A stretch of 64,000 bases of DNA from an uncultured delta proteobacterium. Its GTDB lineage: Bacteria; Desulfobacterota; Binatia; Binatales; Binataceae. Each line of letters starts with the position of its first letter. The stretch's first letter is position 1. The notes below the pieces were generated by a model. That model was given only the letters and a program-made list of their open reading frames with translations. It was not told where the DNA came from and did no database searches. Location: assembly GCA_963724765.1 (NCBI GenBank), contig CAVRVY010000001.1, positions 1,344,001 through 1,408,000 on the forward strand. Reading direction: 5' to 3'. Below, piece by piece: positions 11,382 to 20,105 of this stretch. Position numbers and translations under genes: made by a program.

Positions 11382-11402
11382 AATTTGTGCTGCGAAAACC
11401 GT

Positions 11403-11852
11403 CTAGAAAGGGATGTCGTCGTCGTCGGGGCTGGCCGGCGGCATGTCGGTGCTGAAATCCTCCGGCTCATCCATCCCGCCACCGCCGCGCGCGCCCGCGC
11501 CGCCCGCGCCTGCACCGTCGCCGCGGCCGCCGAGGAATTGCACGCGCTGCGCGACGACCTCGGTGCGGTTGCGCTTGCCGCTGCCGTCCTTGGCTTCCCA
11601 CTGACGCGTCGTCAGCCGGCCCTCGATATAGACCTGCCGTCCTTTCTTCAGATACTGGCTGCATAGCTCGGCCTGTTTGCCGTAGACGACGATGTTATGC
11701 CATTCGGTCGATTCCTTGTTGGTGCCATCGCGTCCCTTGAAGCGCTCGCTGGTCGCCACGGAAAAATTGGCGACCGGCTGCCCCGAGGGCAGGTAACGCA
11801 CTTCGGGGTCGCGTCCGAGATTGCCGAGCAGAATGACTTTGTTTACTGACAT
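11403..11852 (-). CDS. ssb: Single-stranded DNA-binding protein
   Basis: [24 protein letters not shown], Gly-rich tail, C-terminal DDDIPF. Confidence 0.98.
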   Translation of the reverse strand: MSVNKVILLGNLGRDPEVRYLPSGQPVANFSVATSERFKGRDGTNKESTEWHNIVVYGKQAELCSQYLKKGRQVYIEGRLTTRQWEAKDGSGKRNRTEVVAQRVQFLGGRGDGAGAGGAGARGGGGMDEPEDFSTDMPPASPDDDDIPF

Positions 11853-12098
11853 CGTGGTTTAAGCGACAAGCTTCTCGAGCCGCGCATACCTTTGGCGCAA
11901 TGGGTTGCTTTCCTACGTCTCGAAACCTAACGCCGGCGCGCATCCGGCGCAACCGCCCGCGCGGAGGTGAATCCACTGCCTGTTGATATGGCTCTGGAAG
12001 CCCCCGATTGGCGCTCCGGCCGCTCCCGATGCCGCTTTCGCCGCTACCGGGGGCTTTATATAATCGCTGCGGTGGTCGGGTGAGGTGGGGTTCAGGTA

Positions 12099-13769
12099 AT
12101 GGCATCCCACGGATTGACATCTTCGTCGGTCAGGATCGTGCCTTTAGGTGGGCTCGGCGAAATCGGGCTCAACCTGACGGTGATCGAATGCGCCGGACGC
12201 GCGATCATAATCGACGCCGGGGTAATGTTCCCCGAAGAGCGCACGCTCGGCCTCGGCGTGCTGGCGCCGGATCTCGCCTATCTCGAGCAGAGCCATCTCG
12301 AAATTCTTGGCGTGGTCCTGACCCATGCTCACGAGGATCACGTCGGTGCGCTGCCGCATCTGCTGCGCCGCTTCAACGTGCCGGTCTATGGCACCGGGGT
12401 AACGCTGGCCTTCGCACGCCGCCGCCTCGACGAGGACGGGCTCATCGGCGCGCGCATGAACACGATCGAACCGCGCCGGCGTTTCGAGCTCGGCCCGTTT
12501 GGCGTCGAGCCGATCCGCGTCACCCATTCCACGCCCGACTCGGTCGCGCTCGCGATTGCGACCCCGGCCGGGCTAATCGTGCACAGCGGCGACTTCAAGA
12601 TCGATCCGACGCCTATCGACGGCGAACTCTTCGACCGCGAGCGCTTCGCCGAGTTGGGCGCCGAGGGCGTGGCGCTGCTGATGTCGGATTCGACCAACGT
12701 CGAGCGTACCGGGCGATCGGGCGCGGAGAGTTCGATCAAGCCCGTGCTGCGCGAAATCGTGTCGCGCAGCCGCGGCAAATTCTTTCTCTCGGTCTTTTCC
12801 TCCCATCTGCATCGCATCCGGCAGTTGACCGAGGTCTCGCGCGAGATGGGGCGGCGGGTGGTGCCGCTGGGGCGGCGGATGGCCGAGAGCGTGCGCCTGG
12901 GATTGGAACTCGGCCAGCTCTCGTTCGCGCCCGGCACCTTTATCGATCCAGCTGAGGCGGAGTTTTTGGAGTCGCGCAAGTTGACCTTCCTCGCCAGCGG
13001 CAGCCAGGGCGAGCCGCTTTCGGCGCTGGTGCGAATCGCCGCCGACGCTCATCCGCGCGCACGCGTGGACCCGGGTGACACGGTGGTGCTGTCCTCGCGC
13101 TTCATTCCCGGCAACGAACGCACGATCAATACGCTGGTCAATCAGCTCTACAAGCGCGGCGCCGAGGTCTTCTACGAATCGGTTGCGCCGGTGCATGTCT
13201 CCGGTCACGCCAACCAGGACGAACTGACCGAACTGATCGCATTGGTCAAGCCGAAATACTTTGTGCCGATTCACGGCGAGTATCGTCACCTACGCCGCCA
13301 CGTCGCGCTCGCCGCGAGCGCGGGCATGCCTGAGGCCAATTGCTTTCTGCTCGAGGACGGCGAGCCGCTGACGTTGAGCGCGGGCCCGACGGCGCATCGC
13401 GCGCGCGAGGTCGAGGCCGGACGCATCCTGATGGAGGACGGGGAATTCGGCGACCCGGGGCTGCTGGGCGAGCGGCGCACGTTGGGGCGCGACGGCACCG
13501 TGTTCGCGGTAATCGCGGTATCGTCGAAGACCGGCGCGATTGTCGCGGGGCCGGAACTCGTCTCGCGCGGTCTTTTGATTGGCGACGGCACCTCGGCGCA
13601 CATCCGGCGCGCGCGTGCGCAACTGGCCGAGCGGCTCAATCGCGTCGAGGGACCGTTCAGCGCCGAGGGTACGATGCTGCGCGAGGAGATCGTGCATACG
13701 CTGCGCAACTACTTCAGTCACGCGCTCGGCAAACGGCCGCTGATCGTGCCGCACATTATGGAGGTCTGA
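12099..13769 (+). CDS. rnj: Ribonuclease J
   Basis: PLGGLGEIGLN, THAHEDHVG, HSGDFKID, SDSTN, GSQGEP, HVSGHA, PIHGE. Confidence 0.96.
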   Translation: MASHGLTSSSVRIVPLGGLGEIGLNLTVIECAGRAIIIDAGVMFPEERTLGLGVLAPDLAYLEQSHLEILGVVLTHAHEDHVGALPHLLRRFNVPVYGTGVTLAFARRRLDEDGLIGARMNTIEPRRRFELGPFGVEPIRVTHSTPDSVALAIATPAGLIVHSGDFKIDPTPIDGELFDRERFAELGAEGVALLMSDSTNVERTGRSGAESSIKPVLREIVSRSRGKFFLSVFSSHLHRIRQLTEVSREMGRRVVPLGRRMAESVRLGLELGQLSFAPGTFIDPAEAEFLESRKLTFLASGSQGEPLSALVRIAADAHPRARVDPGDTVVLSSRFIPGNERTINTLVNQLYKRGAEVFYESVAPVHVSGHANQDELTELIALVKPKYFVPIHGEYRHLRRHVALAASAGMPEANCFLLEDGEPLTLSAGPTAHRAREVEAGRILMEDGEFGDPGLLGERRTLGRDGTVFAVIAVSSKTGAIVAGPELVSRGLLIGDGTSAHIRRARAQLAERLNRVEGPFSAEGTMLREEIVHTLRNYFSHALGKRPLIVPHIMEV

Positions 13770-13774
13770 GCGCC

Positions 13775-16048
13775 ATCGCGCGTCAGCCCAAAGCGCCAAT
13801 CGAACTCGAGCCGGCGGCCGCGACGGTGGAGCTGAAAATTCCGCCCGCGCCGGCTCCAAACCGCGTCGCGCGCGAACTGGCGGCGATCGTGCTGGTCGCG
13901 CTGGCCGCCTTCGGCGTGCTGAGCCTGGTCTCGGCCGCGGCCGGTCAGAATCCCAACCTGTGCGGCATCCTGGGCGGCGCAGCCGCCGCCGCGGTGGGCG
14001 GCCTTTTCGGATTTCAGGCTTACGTGCTGGCTCTGCTGGTGACCGTTCTCGCGATGCGCGTGTGGAGCGGCGCGCCCGGGCGCACGCTGATGCGCGAAAG
14101 TCTCGGCGGAGCGCTCTTGCTGATAGCGCTCAGCGCCGGTGCGGGCCTTTTCGCCGGCGGCGCGCAATCGGCGGCGGGAGAAGCAGGCGGTGCAATTGGC
14201 GGCGCGCTCGCGTCTTCACTGGGAAGCTACCTCAACGTGGGCGGCGGTTATCTGTGCGTGATGCTCGTGGTGATCGCGGCGCTGGTGATGATGCTGCGGC
14301 GCTCGCCGACCGAGTTGATGGCGGGTCTCGCGTCCAGCGTGCGCCTGCGCGGGCCGCGCGGCGTGTCGCGCGATTTGCCTATGGATGACGACGGCGATTG
14401 GTCGGCCGGTGACGCTGAAGTTCCCGCCAAAGCCATGGCGTCCCCGGCCGCGAGCGGCGCAACGAGCGCCGATCTCCGTCCGCTCAAGGTCCGCCGTCTC
14501 GAACCCGCCGAGCTTCGTGCGCGCGACAACAAATCGCTGCGCCCGGCGCGCGCGAAGGGCGGCTACGAATTGCCGCCGCTCTCCCTGCTCGACATGCCGC
14601 CGGCTGAGCACGCGCAGGTCGACGAGGCAGCGCTCGAGCGCAGCGCCCGCGTGCTCGAGCAGAAGCTCGCGGACTTCGGGGTCGAGGGGCGCGTGGTCGA
14701 GGTGCAGCCTGGGCCGGTGGTCACGATGTACAAGTTCGAGCCCGGCTCGGGGATCAAGGTCAGCCAGATCGTCAACCTGGCCGATGACCTTTCGATGGCG
14801 TTGCGGGCGGCGACGGTGCGAATCCAGGCCCCGGTACCGGGCGAGGCAGTAGTCGGAATCGAGGTGCCCAACCGCAAGCGCGAGAAGGTTTATCTGCGCG
14901 AGATCATGGAGGCTGAAGAGTTCGCGGCCGCCCGCAGCCAGCTCACCATCGCGCTCGGCAAGGATATTTCGGGGCGACCGATGGCTGCGGATCTTGCGAT
15001 GATGCCGCATCTGTTGATCGCGGGCGCGACCGGGACCGGCAAGTCGGTGTCGATCCACACGATGATCGCGTCGATTCTCTTCAACGCTACCGCCGACGAC
15101 GTGCGCTTCATCCTGATCGATCCCAAGATGCTCGAGCTGTCGGTTTACGAAAACATCCCGCACCTGCTCGTCCCGGTGGTGGTCGATCCCGAGAAGGCGG
15201 CGGCGGCGCTTTTGTGGGCGACGCAGGAGATGGAGACGCGCTATCGGATGATGCGCGAGATGGGCGTGCGCAACATCGACGGCTACAACCGCGCGCTCGG
15301 CGCGGCCGGCAAGGTGGTCGAGCTGAAGCCGGTCAATCTGATCGAGGAAGGCGCCGGCCGTGCCATCGCCGACGAAGGCGAGCCGATCAAGCATCGCCGG
15401 CTGCCCAAGATCGTGATCATCATCGACGAGTTGGCCGACCTGCTGCTGAGCGAAGGCAAGACCGTCGAACGCGACATCACGCGCCTCGCGCAAAAGGCCC
15501 GCGCCTCCGGAATCCATCTGATTCTCGCCACCCAGCGCCCGTCAGTCGACGTGCTGACCGGGCTCATCAAGGCCAATCTGCCCGCCCGCATCTCGCTGCA
15601 AGTGACTTCGCGCGTCGACTCACGCACCATCCTCGATTCGATCGGCGCCGAGCGCCTGCTTGGCGCGGGCGATATGCTGTTCATGCCGCCGGGCAGCGCC
15701 AAGTTGCGCCGGCTGCACGGCCCGTTCGTCTCGGAGACCGAGATTCGCCGGGTCGTCGACTTTTTGCGTGCGCAGGGTGCGCCCGACTACCAGATGGAAA
15801 TTCTGGAGACCAAGGCGCCGTCGGAGGATGGCCTCGACGGTGGCGGCTTCGAGGCTGACGACCTTTACGATGAGGCGGTGCGAATCGTGCTCGAGAGCAA
15901 TCAGGCGTCGGTTTCGATGATCCAGCGGCGCCTGCGAATCGGCTACAATCGGGCGGCGCGGATGGTCGAGCAGATGGAACGCGAGGGGCTGGTTACGCCG
16001 GGTGACGGGATGCGCCCGCGCGAAGTCCGCACGCGCAACGCCAACTAG
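13775..16048 (+). CDS. ftsK: DNA translocase FtsK (start uncertain: ATC 13775 or GTG 13826)
   Basis: N-terminal TM region; MPHLLIAGATGTGKSV, IDPKMLEL, IIDELADL, LATQRPSVDV; gamma domain SMIQRRLRIGYNRAAR. The ORF-track start at 13340 lies inside rnj and is spurious. Confidence 0.96.
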   Translation: MARQPKAPIELEPAAATVELKIPPAPAPNRVARELAAIVLVALAAFGVLSLVSAAAGQNPNLCGILGGAAAAAVGGLFGFQAYVLALLVTVLAMRVWSGAPGRTLMRESLGGALLLIALSAGAGLFAGGAQSAAGEAGGAIGGALASSLGSYLNVGGGYLCVMLVVIAALVMMLRRSPTELMAGLASSVRLRGPRGVSRDLPMDDDGDWSAGDAEVPAKAMASPAASGATSADLRPLKVRRLEPAELRARDNKSLRPARAKGGYELPPLSLLDMPPAEHAQVDEAALERSARVLEQKLADFGVEGRVVEVQPGPVVTMYKFEPGSGIKVSQIVNLADDLSMALRAATVRIQAPVPGEAVVGIEVPNRKREKVYLREIMEAEEFAAARSQLTIALGKDISGRPMAADLAMMPHLLIAGATGTGKSVSIHTMIASILFNATADDVRFILIDPKMLELSVYENIPHLLVPVVVDPEKAAAALLWATQEMETRYRMMREMGVRNIDGYNRALGAAGKVVELKPVNLIEEGAGRAIADEGEPIKHRRLPKIVIIIDELADLLLSEGKTVERDITRLAQKARASGIHLILATQRPSVDVLTGLIKANLPARISLQVTSRVDSRTILDSIGAERLLGAGDMLFMPPGSAKLRRLHGPFVSETEIRRVVDFLRAQGAPDYQMEILETKAPSEDGLDGGGFEADDLYDEAVRIVLESNQASVSMIQRRLRIGYNRAARMVEQMEREGLVTPGDGMRPREVRTRNAN

Positions 16049-16124
16049 GCCCGGTTCAAAGCAGTTCCGCGGCCGCCCGAACGAAACTTCGACTGCTCCA
16101 CTCGGTCCTATAAACTTGGATTAG

Positions 16125-16871
16125 GTGCCTACGATGCCAAGAGCTGAATGCTCGCGTCGCAGCCTGACGAGGGCTCTTCGCCGCGCCACACTGGCGATAC
16201 TTGCGAGCGCGACCGTCGTATCATTTGGGCAAATAGCGACGGCTCAGGCGCGATGCAAGCCCGTGCCGGCGGGGGGCTATTCCGCGCAGCCCACGCCGAG
16301 CCTCGATACGACGCTGACGCGCTTGCAGCAGCGCTACGACTGCTCGCGCTCGCTGCAGGCGGATTTCGACGAGATGCTGAGCAGTCCTGGCGGCATGACG
16401 CGCACTCGCAAAGGGACGGTCTACTTCAAAAAAGTCGGGCGGATGCGATGGGAGTTTGCGGCGCCGTCGGAGGGCACGGTCGTGAGCGACGGCAAAACCG
16501 TCTATGATTATGAGAAGGATCTCAACCAGGTGGTCGAGTTGCCGGTGAGCCAGGCGCTCAAGAGCAGCGCCACGGCTTTTTTGCTCGGCTTGGGTAATAT
16601 CCGTCGCGATTTCAAGGTGTCGTTGCCGCCGCTGTCGTCAAGCGACGGACTGACGCATGTGATCCTGACTCCCAAGGGCGGCGGCGATACGATGGAACTG
16701 GGGCTCGATCCGAAAAGTTACGACATTGTTAATTTCAAGCTCACCAATCAGGTCGGCGGCGTTACCAAACTAAAGTTTAGCGATATTCGGACTAACGTAG
16801 CGCTTGATGACTCTTTGTTCAGGTTCACAGTGCCCGAAGGGGCGGACATCGTTCGTCCCCAAAAGAACTAA
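16125..16871 (+). CDS. lolA: Outer-membrane lipoprotein carrier LolA
   Basis: Directly after ftsK; SLQADFDE, GTVYFKKVGRMRWEF, VVSDGKTVYDY, FRFTVPEGADIV. Confidence 0.88.
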   Translation: MPTMPRAECSRRSLTRALRRATLAILASATVVSFGQIATAQARCKPVPAGGYSAQPTPSLDTTLTRLQQRYDCSRSLQADFDEMLSSPGGMTRTRKGTVYFKKVGRMRWEFAAPSEGTVVSDGKTVYDYEKDLNQVVELPVSQALKSSATAFLLGLGNIRRDFKVSLPPLSSSDGLTHVILTPKGGGDTMELGLDPKSYDIVNFKLTNQVGGVTKLKFSDIRTNVALDDSLFRFTVPEGADIVRPQKN

Positions 16872-16949
16872 AAGCGCTCTTCCGCGCGGACCCCGATTGC
16901 GCCCGTTGCCGGGTGAGAGTAAGCATATAAGCCCTATTTTTATCCACTT

Positions 16950-18296
16950 ATGGAAAGCGTCCACCTGATCAGCCTGGGATGTCCCAAAAACACAGCCGAT
17001 AGCGAGCTGATGTTGGGAGCATTGGTGCGCGCGGGATTCGAAGTCACGATGGATCCGCAGCAGGCACAGGTGCTGCTGGTCAACACTTGCGCTTTCATCG
17101 AGCCGGCCAAGAAGGAATCGATCGACGCTATCCTGGCGGCGGCTGAAGTCAAAAAGCACGGAGCAGGCAAGCGGCTGGTGGTGGCGGGATGCCTTTCGCA
17201 GCGCTATGGAAGCGAGCTGCGCGAGCAGTTTCCCGAGGTCGATATTTTCGTCGGCACCGGCAACTTTCTCGACCTTCCTGAACTCCTGCGCCGCAGCGAA
17301 CGGCCGGAGTTGCGGCCAATTCCTTACACTGGCGCGGCCCATCTGCTGCCTACGGCCGAGGCGCCCCGGATCAGGACGGGCGACCCGTTCAGCGCCTACC
17401 TGAAGGTCTCGGAGGGCTGCGACCATCGATGCGCCTTCTGTATCATTCCGAAGATCCGCGGGCGTCACGAAAGCCGGCCGCTCGATGACCTGGTGGAAGA
17501 GGCGGCCGAGCTTGCGGCGAGCGGAGTGCGCGAGATCAATCTGATAGCGCAGGACCTGACCGCCTACGGCCGCGACTTGAAGCCGCGCGCGTCGCTGGCG
17601 GCGCTGTTGCATCGTCTGGCGCCCATCGACGGCATCCGATGGATCCGGCTGCTCTACTGCTATCCGAATTTTGTCACCGACGAATTGCTCGCGGCCATCG
17701 CGAGTCTCGAAAAAGTGGTTAATTATATTGACATGCCGTTGCAGCACGCCGATGACGCGATGCTGCGTGCGATGAAGCGCGAGCGCTCCGCCGACGCGCT
17801 GCGGAGCCTGCTGGAGCGGGTTCGTGCGGCGATTCCCGCGGTGGCGCTCCGCACTTCGTTCATCGTCGGATTTCCGGGCGAGACCGACGCGGCGTTCGCG
17901 ACCCTGGTCGATTTTGTACGCGAGCAGCGGTTCGATCGGGTCGGAGTTTTCACTTACTCGCGTGAGGAAAATACCGCGGCCTGCGAGCTTGCGGGCCAGG
18001 TTCCGGAAGGAATCAAACGGCGCCGGCGGGCCGAGCTGATGGAGGTGGCGGCGGAAATTTCTCTGGAAAAGAATCGCGGCCTGGTGGGCCGCGAAATCGA
18101 GGTCATGGTCGAAGGGGCGGCGCCGGGGCGCGCGACGCGGTTACGCGCGCGGACCTCGGCCCAGGCGCCCGAAATCGACGGGATGGTCCTGCTCAGCGGC
18201 GAAGCCGAGCCAGGCGAAATCGTCCGCGCGCGTATCGAGTGCGCCTCGACTTATGATCTTCACGGACGGATCACGGGCGCAGTGGCGCAACTATAA
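16950..18296 (+). CDS. rimO: Ribosomal protein S12 methylthiotransferase
   Basis: SLGCPKNTADSE, NTCAFIEPAKKES, GCLSQRY, radical SAM motif CDHRCAFC, APEIDG in the TRAM region. Confidence 0.96.
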   Translation: MESVHLISLGCPKNTADSELMLGALVRAGFEVTMDPQQAQVLLVNTCAFIEPAKKESIDAILAAAEVKKHGAGKRLVVAGCLSQRYGSELREQFPEVDIFVGTGNFLDLPELLRRSERPELRPIPYTGAAHLLPTAEAPRIRTGDPFSAYLKVSEGCDHRCAFCIIPKIRGRHESRPLDDLVEEAAELAASGVREINLIAQDLTAYGRDLKPRASLAALLHRLAPIDGIRWIRLLYCYPNFVTDELLAAIASLEKVVNYIDMPLQHADDAMLRAMKRERSADALRSLLERVRAAIPAVALRTSFIVGFPGETDAAFATLVDFVREQRFDRVGVFTYSREENTAACELAGQVPEGIKRRRRAELMEVAAEISLEKNRGLVGREIEVMVEGAAPGRATRLRARTSAQAPEIDGMVLLSGEAEPGEIVRARIECASTYDLHGRITGAVAQL

Positions 18297-18309
18297 GGGG
18301 CGGCGAGCG

Positions 18310-18762
18310 ATGCCGAAGAAAACAGTAGCCACGAACAGAAAAAAGTTTCTGGCCAAAATGCGCGAGCAACTGGGAGAGATGAAGACCAAGCTGCTCAGCG
18401 AGATCGATTCCGAGTTGCGAGCCGAGCGCGAGGGCAACAAGGACGAGGGCATGGATACCTACGACCTCGCCTCGGAAGAGCGCGATCGGGAGATCAATTT
18501 CATCCTGTCCGATCGTGAACGGGTGAAAATCAAGCAGGTCGATGACGCGCTCGGCCGGCTTGACGATGGCACTTACGGTGTGTGCGAGTCGTGCGGACTC
18601 GAGATCGCCGAGGAGCGTCTGCAGGCGCTGCCGTTTACGCGGCTTTGCCGCGACTGTCAGCAGGAGCAGGAAAAAGAGGCCAAGTCGCAACGCCGCTTCG
18701 ACGACGAGCGCAACACTTACCGCAAGCTTGGCTCGACCGATGCCGATGAAGAGAATCCGTAG
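18310..18762 (+). CDS. dksA: DksA/TraR C4 zinc-finger RNA polymerase-binding factor
   Basis: Coiled-coil tip DTYDLA (DxxDxA); GTYGVCESCGLEIAEERLQALPFTRLCRDC. Confidence 0.85.
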   Translation: MPKKTVATNRKKFLAKMREQLGEMKTKLLSEIDSELRAEREGNKDEGMDTYDLASEERDREINFILSDRERVKIKQVDDALGRLDDGTYGVCESCGLEIAEERLQALPFTRLCRDCQQEQEKEAKSQRRFDDERNTYRKLGSTDADEENP

Positions 18763-18987
18763 CCGGCCGAGCCTGCGGAAGTTGCGAGAATAAGCTTGAC
18801 GAGAGTACGCCTGCCGGTTGTAACGGAGATGCGCCAAGGCGCGCATCGACGAACGAAACCGCGAAAGCGTCTTTACCGCCGCCCGATCCATGGGCATTCT
18901 AATTCTCATAGCGGCGCGAATTGATGGCTGAACGCGAGGTGTGGTCCTCTGGCGTGCCGCGCGGAGATCGCGTGCGCCGGGCAAAGC

Positions 18988-19977
18988 GTGGGAACGCCCG
19001 GACGGTATCGATCTAAGAAGGTGTCATTGACGACTAGAATCTTCTGCGCAGCGCGGCCGGAAAAGACGCCGGCCGGCGCTGGTGCAGACAATGGTGCGGC
19101 GGCCATCCTGAGGCTGCCCGACGTGCGCGCGGTGGTGGCGTTTGCCAGCGCCAAGGGCGGCGTCGGCAAGAGCGCCATCTGCGTGAACGTCGCGGCCGCC
19201 CTGGCGATGACCGGGCGCAAGGTCGCGATCATCGACGCCGACCTCAACTCGCCCAGCCTGCTCGGGATGCTAGGGTTAAAACCGCTTCGGCGGTTCTCGA
19301 CCGGTGAAGAGATCGATCCCGCTTCCGGTCCGTTGGGCGTCCGGGTCGTCGCTTCGAGCCAGCTCGCCGACGGCGAACCGGTGGCGTTCAGCTTCGTCGA
19401 AGACGAAGCTGCGCTGCCGCCGGCACCGTTGCACAACGGCGTGCGGCCACTCGAGATCGACCATCGTGCGGCGCTGCGCCGGCTGCTCGGAGCGCGCTTT
19501 GGCTTGCTCGACCTGATGCTCATCGATCTCGCCTCGGGGCTTTCGCCATTGCATGACCTGGCCGAAGTGATTGAGTTGACCGGGGTCGTGATGGTCACGC
19601 GTCCCTCCGAAGCCTGTGTGCGCGCGACCGATGCCGCGCTCAAGACTATCGTCCACGACGGGGTCCCGGTGCTCGGGCTGATCGAAAACATGCTCGGCTT
19701 CAACTGCGACAGTTGCCACACCGTGCGCCCGCTTTTTCCGCAGGGCGACTTCGCTGGCCTGGCGCATTCGGCCGAAGCGCAGATTCTCGGACGGCTTCCA
19801 TTCGACCCGCGGCTGGCGGATTGCGCCGAGCGCGGCGCGCTGTTCGTACGCGAGCATGCCGATGCGCCGATGTCCAAGCAGTTCGCGGTGATAGCCGCGA
19901 ATCTCGAGCAGGAGATCGCACGGCGCGCGGCAGCAGCAGCGGCGCCGCCGCCGCTTGTTACCGAAGAGCCTGCCTGA
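18988..19977 (+). CDS. Mrp/NBP35 (ApbC-like) P-loop ATPase, divergent; start uncertain
   Basis: ASAKGGVGKS deviant Walker A, IIDADLNSPS, LGLIENMLGFNCDSC (CxxC), LGRLPFDPRLA. Confidence 0.8.
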   Translation: MGTPGRYRSKKVSLTTRIFCAARPEKTPAGAGADNGAAAILRLPDVRAVVAFASAKGGVGKSAICVNVAAALAMTGRKVAIIDADLNSPSLLGMLGLKPLRRFSTGEEIDPASGPLGVRVVASSQLADGEPVAFSFVEDEAALPPAPLHNGVRPLEIDHRAALRRLLGARFGLLDLMLIDLASGLSPLHDLAEVIELTGVVMVTRPSEACVRATDAALKTIVHDGVPVLGLIENMLGFNCDSCHTVRPLFPQGDFAGLAHSAEAQILGRLPFDPRLADCAERGALFVREHADAPMSKQFAVIAANLEQEIARRAAAAAAPPPLVTEEPA

Positions 19978-20105
19978 GCGCACAGCCGCTTTTTGTGTGA
20001 TCCTGAGTCAGGCGAGTCTGCCTCTTGGTAAAGCTCTCTTCTTCAAAGGGGCCAGGGAACGATGATGGGTGGGGAGTTTTATTCAACCGAACTTGAAACT
20101 CAGGA

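Noticed and set aside
13340-13774. N-terminal extension of FtsK in the ORF track
   Set aside because: Overlaps rnj in another frame and has no FtsK-like features.
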